From: Candidatus Poribacteria bacterium
GTDB lineage: Bacteria > Poribacteria > WGA-4E > WGA-3G
DNA: 64,000 bases
NCBI GenBank assembly: GCA_963663765.2
Contig: CAXXUA010000011.1
Span: 32,001-96,000 of the forward strand
Reading direction: 5' to 3'
A model generated the notes under the pieces. That model was not told the DNA's origin, did no database searches, and saw only the letters and a program-made list of their open reading frames with translations. Of this stretch, positions 31,341 to 39,800 are shown one piece after another. Made by a program: the position numbers and the translations under genes. Positions within the stretch are counted from its first letter, which is position 1. Every line of letters starts with the position of its first letter.

Positions 31341-31494
31341 TTCCAATTCAAATAAATCTTGTCTCATTAAGGAATTCTACTGTTTACTGGCAGGGGGTTA
31401 CTCTCTTCGGTAGGAGCGACCTTCCGGTCGCGACCGGAAGGTCGCTCCTACCAGATTTCCGCTGCTAATGAGACATTATCACATGAAAATGGTA
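31341..31494 (+). mobile_element. 154-bp MITE (copy 2)
   Basis: TAA on both flanks; palindrome 31409-31452 with a compensatory base-pair change. Confidence 0.85.
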
Positions 31495-31521
31495 TAAGCA
31501 TAAATTGATTACGGGAGTTCT

Positions 31522-33588
31522 ATGATAGAAAGAGATGATTTTAAACTAATCCACAGGACATTGTCAGGTGACGAGGCTGCTTTCGTCGAAGGAGACGATG
31601 TGACAACATGGTCACTTCCTGATGGCGCGATTGCGCGGCTAGAACGTGGCGGTGTACACGATTTGGCATTTTCTCCCGATGGTTACCATCTTGCTGTCAC
31701 AACAAAAATTGGGATATGGTGGTATGAAATCACAACTATGTCACCAATTGCCTTGTGGGACACACAACGTGGAATGATTGATGATATCGTTTTCTCACCT
31801 AATGGAAAATGGATAGCCACCAGCAATTCGGATATGGTCCTCAAGGTGTGGGATGTACAGCAAGGTAAATGTACCACACGGATTGAAGCAGTGGATTATT
31901 GGGATTCTTTCACCTTTTCTTCCGATAACCTTTGGCTTGCTACCATTAACAGGTCAACTCCAAATATAGAAATCAGGTCACATGAAACCGGTGAAATCGT
32001 TACAGAACTTGTTAGTCAGTTCGAAGATGGTAGTAGATTAGGGTCAATCGCATTTTCACCCGACAACCAAATAATTGCTTCCATTAAGTGTTCAGACTCA
32101 GGAAACAATATGCAGTCTATAATAGTATGGGATGTCCAAAGCAGCGAACAAATTACTTGTCTCTCGAATCATAACAACTCTATCTATAGTATCTGTTTTT
32201 CACCGTGTGGAAAGTTTCTTACATCTGGTGGCGAAGGAAGCGGAACAGTCTGTGTTTGGAATATTAAGAACTGGCAACAGGTAGAGGTATATACATGTTA
32301 CGGTAATTCTCACATGATCCCTTCCTATACACCGGAAGGGATTCTCCATGCCGCAGCTGTATCTGACAAGGATTATACCGTGACTGTATGGGAATTGGAA
32401 AACAAAGAAAAACTGTACACCGCTAATTCAGAAGGAACAATGACTTTTGAAAATGGTTCCCAGTTAGCTTATCAATATGGACATGAATACTTAGAAGTTT
32501 GGACTATGAATAACCCACAACCACGTCGAACCGTTCATACACATGTTTCATTTGTAAATACATCTGAATCAATGACATTTTCCCCAGATGGAAAAACAAT
32601 CGCGGTGGAGTATGCGTGTGGCGACGCGTTGTTTTGGAATGTTGAAAGCAAACGTTCGCGACCTGTAATCAACTTAAAATCTCGAAATAAAAAACAACAC
32701 CTTTATGTATCTCCTCACGATGAATACCATATCACTACTATTGACAGTAACGTTGTCACACTCTGGAATGTTGGTAATAGTGTGGTAACAGTTGGAACGG
32801 TTACTGGTCATGCAGACGAATGGTCTCGTCCAGCTGTTGCACCACTCGCTAACCTGCTTGCATGTGCAGATAAAGATGCCACAATAAGTGTGTGGGACAT
32901 ACAATGTGGAAAACAACTATGTAAGTTCAAACTGCATCATGGTAAACATAATCCTGATGATATTCCAGACGATCTTTCTTTCTCTTTGGAGTTCAGTCCA
33001 GATGCGAGATTCCTCACGATTGCCGAACATTACTATTATTATAGTATGCTGTGGGATGTAGAAAACAATACTGAAATAATTGCTTTTCCAAGTGATATAA
33101 TTTCGGATATATTCGGTTATTCACCTTGTGGCCAGTATCTTGCGTGCAGTATCAGCAAAAAAGGAACATTACTGTGGGATATAGAAAAACAAAAGATCTG
33201 TTTAGAATTGCAGAATATTTTTCCACTTCCAACGACATTTTCTCCATGTGGAAGGTATTTGGCATGCAGCGGTGATGAAATGTTTTTTTATGACTTGAGA
33301 CAGCATGAAATTCATGTTCGGTTATCTCTACCACAAGAGTGTGAACGTATGTATGCAACAGCATTTTCCGCGTGTGGTAACTACTTTGCTGCTGGTGCTT
33401 GGTGGAAACAAGGTATGGAGAAGATGCCTATCTGTTTGTGGGAAGTAGAGACTGGTAAGCGCATTGTTACCTTTTGGGGACACGCTACAGATGTGCAGGC
33501 ACTTGCATTTTCCCCTGATAACAAACTATTAGCGAGTGCAAGTTATGACGGTTCAATCTTGCTTTGGGATTTGACTCCATACTTATAG
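31522..33588 (+). CDS. WD40 repeat protein with a 21-aa ECF sigma N-terminal remnant
   Basis: MIERDDFKLIHRTLSGDEAAF matches MEKDDVKLIHRTLSGDDTAF of the next gene, then joins directly to EGDDVTTWSLPDG. Confidence 0.88.
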   Translation: MIERDDFKLIHRTLSGDEAAFVEGDDVTTWSLPDGAIARLERGGVHDLAFSPDGYHLAVTTKIGIWWYEITTMSPIALWDTQRGMIDDIVFSPNGKWIATSNSDMVLKVWDVQQGKCTTRIEAVDYWDSFTFSSDNLWLATINRSTPNIEIRSHETGEIVTELVSQFEDGSRLGSIAFSPDNQIIASIKCSDSGNNMQSIIVWDVQSSEQITCLSNHNNSIYSICFSPCGKFLTSGGEGSGTVCVWNIKNWQQVEVYTCYGNSHMIPSYTPEGILHAAAVSDKDYTVTVWELENKEKLYTANSEGTMTFENGSQLAYQYGHEYLEVWTMNNPQPRRTVHTHVSFVNTSESMTFSPDGKTIAVEYACGDALFWNVESKRSRPVINLKSRNKKQHLYVSPHDEYHITTIDSNVVTLWNVGNSVVTVGTVTGHADEWSRPAVAPLANLLACADKDATISVWDIQCGKQLCKFKLHHGKHNPDDIPDDLSFSLEFSPDARFLTIAEHYYYYSMLWDVENNTEIIAFPSDIISDIFGYSPCGQYLACSISKKGTLLWDIEKQKICLELQNIFPLPTTFSPCGRYLACSGDEMFFYDLRQHEIHVRLSLPQECERMYATAFSACGNYFAAGAWWKQGMEKMPICLWEVETGKRIVTFWGHATDVQALAFSPDNKLLASASYDGSILLWDLTPYL

Positions 33589-33695
33589 ACTCGGTTTTTG
33601 GAAGTTCATAATTAGAGTTTGAAAGTAATTCCTATTGGAAGAAGATGGAAAGTTTTTGAGTAATAATCATTTTTGTTCTGAATTATGACATTTTA

Positions 33696-33723
33696 GCAAC
33701 CCATCCACTGAAAAATTGTGTCA
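33696..33723 (+). promoter_or_regulatory. Putative ECF promoter, class A (GCAACC-N17-TGTCA)
   Basis: Conserved motif and spacing. Confidence 0.62.
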
Positions 33724-33761
33724 CTATAATTGTATCCCTAAAATGAACATTGAGGTGTCGG

Positions 33762-36599
33762 ATGGAAAAAGATGACGTTAAACTAATCCACAGGACATTA
33801 TCAGGTGACGATACTGCTTTCAGTGAGTTAGTCCAAAAATACCAAAAAAGTGTTCACGCCCTTGCCTGGCGTAAAATAGGTGATTTCCATATAGCAGAAG
33901 AAATCACACAAGACACTTTTCTGCAGGCGTATAAAAAACTTGCAGCATTGAAAAATCCTAATCAGTTTGCTGGATGGTTATATGTAATCGCAGATAGACG
34001 TTGTAAAGCATGGTTTCGAAAAAAGCGAATTCATACACAATCGCTTGAAGCTACCAGTAAAGAAACATTAGAAAAAAGTGCTTATGCAGACTATGACCGT
34101 GAACAGCGCGAAGACGCAGCCGTTGAACACCGCCGACAAATTGTGCAAAAGCTCATGGAAAAACTACCAGAAAGCGAACGCACGGTAATGGTATTGCATT
34201 ACCTCGGAGAAATGAGTTGTGTAGCGATTAGCAAGTTTTTAGGTGTATCTCCCAACACAGTAAAAAGTCGACTTAAACGTGGACGAGAACGTCTGAAAAG
34301 TGAAGAATCCCTAATTCGCGAAACGCTTGGAAGTGTGCCATTATCTCCAAATCTAACTGAAAACATCATGAGGCGCATTGACACAGTGAAACAACCATCT
34401 CCATCAGGAAGTAAGCCATTGGCACCATTTGCAGCATTAGGCGCATCTGCTATTTTGGTTATTTTACTGATGGGCGCGAGCAAACAACTCATCACAAATT
34501 TTCAGCAGCCATATAGTGTTGATGCAAAATCAGAAACTACAATTGAAATTGTTGACGCGCCGATTGTTCTGAATCTTCACTCAAAACCCAAATTGCAAAA
34601 CCGGGTTGGTGGTTCTAATCGCAGCATAAACAGTAACAACGGTCTAACAAAAGGAACAAACAAAGTGGAAAACAACTCAGCACAAGATGTTATGCAATGG
34701 AACTTACCAGAAAGTGCTAAAGCGCGACTCGGAAAAGGTAGGATATACGAAATCCAGTATTCACCCGATGGCAAGTTGCTTGCTGTTGCGAGCGGTATTG
34801 GTGTCTGGCTCTACGACACAACAACACGTCAAGAGGTGAATCTGCTCACAGAGCAAACGAGTGTAGTCGACTGCCTTGCGTTTAGTCCGGATGGACGCAC
34901 ATTTGCGAGTGGAAGTAAGGATGGTACCATTATCCTGTGGGATAGCAACACGGGGACGCAAAAAACGCTTAACGCGCACATAGGTTTAGTATCAGACTTG
35001 AACATTGCATATAGTCCGGATGGAAAAACAATTGCAAGTGGAATTGACGATACTATCCGATTATGGAGTGTTATCACAGGAGAACTAATATCTACGGTTA
35101 CCAGTCCTGCAATTCAGTTCAATAACTTCTTATCTTTTACACTAAATGGTGAAACAATTGTATGTGGGAATTGGGACGGAGATATCAGTCTTTGGAATTC
35201 GCTCACCGGTGAACATAAGATAACAATTCATAGACACACAGACACAGATTCCACATGGAGGTTTGCGCTCAGTCCTGATGGGAAAACACTCGCTATGGGC
35301 AGTCCGGACGAGGCACAAAATGGTACCATCTATCTTTATGATTTAAACACAGGTGAACTCAAATCTACTCTTACTGGACATTTTGATGAGAAACATAATG
35401 GCACCATCTATCTTTACGACTTAAACACAGGTAAACTCAAACCTACGCTTGCTGGACATTTTGTGGATGGACTTTTTGAGGATGTTGAATATATGGTATT
35501 CAGTCCGGATGGAAAAACATTCGCAGGTTCATCATATTATGGGATAATCGGTCTATGGGATGTGCACACTGGTGAACACAAGCTGACACTCACAGGACAT
35601 ACGTACAGTATTCGCGATATAGTGTTCAGTCCAGATGGGAAAACATTCGTGAGTGGAAGCGATGACAGTACCATTCGCTTTTGGGATGCGCGCACGGGTA
35701 ACCTCCAAAATATAATCACTGGGCATTTTGAAAATGTTGATAAAGTGGTGTTCAATTCTAATGGTCGTTTTTATATAAGTGCAAATCTGCTTGCTATTCG
35801 CGTGTGGGATGCAGACACAGGAGAACACATCAAAAAGTTAGAATTTCCGAATGGCGGAGATATTATAGGTATCACTCCAGCTGGAAAAATAGTTGCTAGA
35901 CAATATTCAAGCGATGGTAAGGACACGACCATCCTTCTATGGAATGTTCACGCTAACGAACACAAAATGCTATTCGCTGGACATAGGTGGGGTCCTATCG
36001 GCATGGAGCTTAGTATGGCACTCAGTCCTGATGGTAAAACTCTCGCTACTGAAAATAAAGACAATACCGTACGGCTATGGGATTTACACACTGGCGAACA
36101 CAAAAAAACACTGACTGGGCATACGGATTGGGTTAAGACCATAGTGTTCAGTTCTGATAATGAAACCCTCGCAAGTGGCAGTGACGACAATACGATACGA
36201 TTGTGGGATGCTATAACTGGTAAGACTAAGATGATACTTACTGGGTATACAGAGCCGGTTGAAACCGTATCGTTCAGTCCTGATGGAAAAACCCTCGCAA
36301 GTGAAGACGGCCACGGGATAATCCAACTATGGGATATAGACACTGGGAAAACCAAATTTACACTTGTTGGGCATACAGATAGGGTGTACAGTTTAGCGTT
36401 CAGTCCTGATGGAAAGACCATCGCAAGTGGGAGCATGGACAATGACATCCGCCTCTGGGATACACACACCGGTGAGCATAAGAAATCACTTACGGGTCAT
36501 ACAGATCACGTTAACAGTGTCGCCTTCAGTCCTGATGGTAAAACGTTGGTTAGTGGCAGTGACGATGGTTCTGTGCTTCTCTGGGAGGTAGATCCCTAA
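33762..36599 (+). CDS. ECF sigma factor (clade A)-transmembrane-WD40 fusion
   Basis: Sigma2 (AEEITQDTF, FAGWLYVIA), sigma4 (LGVSPNTVKSRL), TM FAALGASAILVILLMGA, FSPDG-type WD40 repeats; SD GAGGT. Confidence 0.9.
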   Translation: MEKDDVKLIHRTLSGDDTAFSELVQKYQKSVHALAWRKIGDFHIAEEITQDTFLQAYKKLAALKNPNQFAGWLYVIADRRCKAWFRKKRIHTQSLEATSKETLEKSAYADYDREQREDAAVEHRRQIVQKLMEKLPESERTVMVLHYLGEMSCVAISKFLGVSPNTVKSRLKRGRERLKSEESLIRETLGSVPLSPNLTENIMRRIDTVKQPSPSGSKPLAPFAALGASAILVILLMGASKQLITNFQQPYSVDAKSETTIEIVDAPIVLNLHSKPKLQNRVGGSNRSINSNNGLTKGTNKVENNSAQDVMQWNLPESAKARLGKGRIYEIQYSPDGKLLAVASGIGVWLYDTTTRQEVNLLTEQTSVVDCLAFSPDGRTFASGSKDGTIILWDSNTGTQKTLNAHIGLVSDLNIAYSPDGKTIASGIDDTIRLWSVITGELISTVTSPAIQFNNFLSFTLNGETIVCGNWDGDISLWNSLTGEHKITIHRHTDTDSTWRFALSPDGKTLAMGSPDEAQNGTIYLYDLNTGELKSTLTGHFDEKHNGTIYLYDLNTGKLKPTLAGHFVDGLFEDVEYMVFSPDGKTFAGSSYYGIIGLWDVHTGEHKLTLTGHTYSIRDIVFSPDGKTFVSGSDDSTIRFWDARTGNLQNIITGHFENVDKVVFNSNGRFYISANLLAIRVWDADTGEHIKKLEFPNGGDIIGITPAGKIVARQYSSDGKDTTILLWNVHANEHKMLFAGHRWGPIGMELSMALSPDGKTLATENKDNTVRLWDLHTGEHKKTLTGHTDWVKTIVFSSDNETLASGSDDNTIRLWDAITGKTKMILTGYTEPVETVSFSPDGKTLASEDGHGIIQLWDIDTGKTKFTLVGHTDRVYSLAFSPDGKTIASGSMDNDIRLWDTHTGEHKKSLTGHTDHVNSVAFSPDGKTLVSGSDDGSVLLWEVDP

Positions 36600-36672
36600 T
36601 GTCTTCAATCATAATATCTGCGTTGGTAATAGCACAATTCATTGTTCGTGTTATGTACTCTGTGACAATTCT

Positions 36673-36700
36673 GCAACCTATTTGCCGAAGAAACGCGTCA
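36673..36700 (+). promoter_or_regulatory. Putative ECF promoter, class A (GCAACC-N17-CGTCA)
   Basis: Conserved motif and spacing. Confidence 0.7.
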
Positions 36701-36745
36701 CCGATAATTATAATTGTAAGACAAAATTGATGATGGAGGTGTCGG

Positions 36746-39463
36746 ATGGAAAAAGATGACGTTAAATTAATCCACAGGACATTATCAGGTGACGATACTG
36801 CTTTCAGTGAGTTAGTCCAAAAATACCAAAAAAGTGTTCACGCCCTTGCCTGGCGTAAAATCGGTGATTTCCATATCGCTGAAGAAATCACACAAGACAC
36901 TTTTCTGCAGGCGTATAAAAAACTTGCAGCATTGAAAAATCCTAATCAGTTTGCTGGATGGTTGTATGTAATCGCAGATAGACGTTGCAAAGCATGGTTT
37001 CGAAAAAAGCGATTTCATACACAATCGCTTGAAGCTACCAGTGAAGAAACATTAGAGAAAAGTGCTTATGCAGACTATGTGTGTGAACAGCGCGAAGACG
37101 CAGCCGTTGAACACCGCCGACAAATTGTGCTAAAACTCATGGAAAAACTACCAGAGAGCGAACGCACGGTTATGGTATTGCATTACCTCGGAGAAATGAG
37201 TTGTGTAGCGATTAGCAAGTTTTTAGGTGTATCTCCCAATACAGTAAAAAGTCGACTTAAACGTGGACGAGAACGTTTACAGAATGAAGAATCCCTAATT
37301 CGCAAAACGCTTGGTAGTGTGCCATTATCTCCAAATCTAACTGAAAACATCATGCGGCGTATTGCCACAATCAAACAACCATCTCCATCAGGAAGTAAGC
37401 CATTGGCACCATTTGCAGCATTAGGAGCATCTGCTATTTTGGTTATTTTGCTTATGGGCGCGAGCAAGCAACTCATCACAAATTTTCAGCAGCCATATAG
37501 TCTTGATGCTAAATCAGAAACAACAATTGAAATTGTTGACGCGCCGATTGTTCTGAATCTTCACTCAAAACCAAAATTGCAAAACCGGGTTGATGGTGCT
37601 AATCGCAGCAAAAACAGTAACAACGGTCTAACAAAAGGAACAAACAAAGTGGAAAACAACTCAGCACAAGATGTTATGCAATGGAACCTACCTGAAGATG
37701 CTAAAGCGCGTCTCAGTAAAGGGTATATAGCCGATATAAAATATTCTCCTGATGGTAAGTTTCTGGCTGTTGCAAGTGGCATCGGTATTTGGCTTTACGA
37801 TGTGACAGTACATCAAGAGGCAAGTCTAATCACAGGAAATACGAGTTTTCAAAACGACTGCCTTGCCTTCAGTACGGATGGACGTACCTTAGCGAGTGGA
37901 AATGTTGATGGCACTATTACTCTGTATGATATAATCGCAGGGACGCAAAAAACGCTCATTGGGCATAATGGAGAATATATCACATGTATAGCACTCAGTC
38001 CGGATGGCAAAATACTTGCGAGTAGTAATCGGGAAGGCACTATCCGATTATGGAATGCTATCACTGGAGAGGCGAAGTTTACTCTCATGAATGATGTGGG
38101 TCATAATTTTTCATTCACACCAGATAGCAATGCCATTGTGGTTGTAAGTAGTGAAGACAAGATCAATCTGTGGAATTTGAACACAGGTGAGCACAAGAAA
38201 ACTTTTGCTTTGCACCCTGATTGTGCTGCTATAGGTGTAGCGTTCAGCTCAGATGGAACAACAGTCGCTGTTGGTAGTGTAAATGGCACTGTCTACCTTT
38301 ATGATATAAACACAGGCGAACTGAAGATGATCCTCTCTGAGCATAAGGATCACGTTATCCACTTAGCATTTAGCCCTGATGGAAAAGGACTTGCTACTAC
38401 GTCTTATGAAGATGAAACAATCTGTCTATGGGATGTACACACTGGTACACACAGGAGAATACTCACCGAACACCCGCGATGTGCAGGGAGCGGGGGTTTA
38501 ACGTTCAGTCCGGATGGAAAAACAATTGCGAGTGGAGGTGGCGATGGCACCATACGGTTCTGGGATGTCCACACCGGCAACACGAAAGAGATATTCACTG
38601 GTCATTCGCAGGAGGTCCGCAGTGTGGCATTCAATCCGAATGGGAACTATATCGCAAGTGGGTGCGCTAGTGGAATTATTCGTCTGTGGGATGCGGATAC
38701 ATGGCAACCCATAAGAACACTTAACGAGCCTAAAAATGGGCAGATAGAATCGGCTTATAGTATAGTGTTCAGTCCAGATGGAAAAACTCTATTTTGTGGG
38801 ACTGACGATGACATCCACCTCTGGGATGCACACACTGGCGAACACAAATTGATGTTTACTGGACATACCGGTTTTGTTAAGCATATAACACTCAGTTTGG
38901 ACGGAAATATACTTGCAAGTGAAGATGGCGATACTATCCACCTCTGGGATGCACACACTGGCGAACATAATAGAACACTCATTGGACATAATAAGTCGAT
39001 CAGTAGTATCGCGTTCAGTCCGGATGGAAAAATCCTCGCAAGCGGAAGTCTGGATGAAACTATTCGTCTCTGGGATGTTGCAACTGGGAAAAATAAAATG
39101 TTACTTACTGAGCATAATGACTGGGTGGAAGGTTTAGCGTTCAGTCCGGATGGAAAAATCCTCGCAAGTGGAGGTAATGATGCGATAATCCACCTATGGG
39201 ATACAAACACATGGAAAATCAAATATACACTTAACGGACATCCATTTTTGATGTGCTTAAGGTTCAGTCCTAATGGTAAAACTTTAGCAAGTGGCTGTGG
39301 TGACGGCACTATTCAATTATGGGATGCCCAGACCTGCGAACATAAGAAAACACTCACGGGTCATATCACTCATGTCAATAGTATCGCATTTAGTCCGGAT
39401 GGAAAAACGCTTGTTAGCGGTAGTAGTAATGGTTCTGTGCTTCTTTGGGAAATAAATCCCTAA
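36746..39463 (+). CDS. ECF sigma factor (clade A)-transmembrane-WD40 fusion
   Basis: First ~315 aa nearly identical to the 33762 gene; divergent WD40 repeats; SD GGAGGT. Confidence 0.9.
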   Translation: MEKDDVKLIHRTLSGDDTAFSELVQKYQKSVHALAWRKIGDFHIAEEITQDTFLQAYKKLAALKNPNQFAGWLYVIADRRCKAWFRKKRFHTQSLEATSEETLEKSAYADYVCEQREDAAVEHRRQIVLKLMEKLPESERTVMVLHYLGEMSCVAISKFLGVSPNTVKSRLKRGRERLQNEESLIRKTLGSVPLSPNLTENIMRRIATIKQPSPSGSKPLAPFAALGASAILVILLMGASKQLITNFQQPYSLDAKSETTIEIVDAPIVLNLHSKPKLQNRVDGANRSKNSNNGLTKGTNKVENNSAQDVMQWNLPEDAKARLSKGYIADIKYSPDGKFLAVASGIGIWLYDVTVHQEASLITGNTSFQNDCLAFSTDGRTLASGNVDGTITLYDIIAGTQKTLIGHNGEYITCIALSPDGKILASSNREGTIRLWNAITGEAKFTLMNDVGHNFSFTPDSNAIVVVSSEDKINLWNLNTGEHKKTFALHPDCAAIGVAFSSDGTTVAVGSVNGTVYLYDINTGELKMILSEHKDHVIHLAFSPDGKGLATTSYEDETICLWDVHTGTHRRILTEHPRCAGSGGLTFSPDGKTIASGGGDGTIRFWDVHTGNTKEIFTGHSQEVRSVAFNPNGNYIASGCASGIIRLWDADTWQPIRTLNEPKNGQIESAYSIVFSPDGKTLFCGTDDDIHLWDAHTGEHKLMFTGHTGFVKHITLSLDGNILASEDGDTIHLWDAHTGEHNRTLIGHNKSISSIAFSPDGKILASGSLDETIRLWDVATGKNKMLLTEHNDWVEGLAFSPDGKILASGGNDAIIHLWDTNTWKIKYTLNGHPFLMCLRFSPNGKTLASGCGDGTIQLWDAQTCEHKKTLTGHITHVNSIAFSPDGKTLVSGSSNGSVLLWEINP

Positions 39464-39732
39464 ATTTCACTTGCCTAATGTTTAACGTGAGTTTGATAAA
39501 TCAGAATTTAGGACTCGATATAATACGCTAAATTAAGAAATCTACGGTATGAATCATGGAGCATACCACACGTGCATGCTTCTTTAGGCATTCCCCCTGT
39601 GGTATTCTCCATTGGTTAGGAAACCGCACTTAAGTCAATGTCATAGTAGTTTTGATTTCACTACAATCTTCATTCATAGGGAATGCAATAGTCCTATCAA
39701 GAATTACAGTAATTCTGAATTATGTCATTTAT

Positions 39733-39760
39733 GCAACCTTTCCACTGCATAATCGCGTCA
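39733..39760 (+). promoter_or_regulatory. Putative ECF promoter, class A (GCAACC-N17-CGTCA)
   Basis: Conserved motif and spacing. Confidence 0.7.
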
Positions 39761-39800
39761 CCTATTATTGTATGCATAAAATGAACATGGGTGGAATTTA

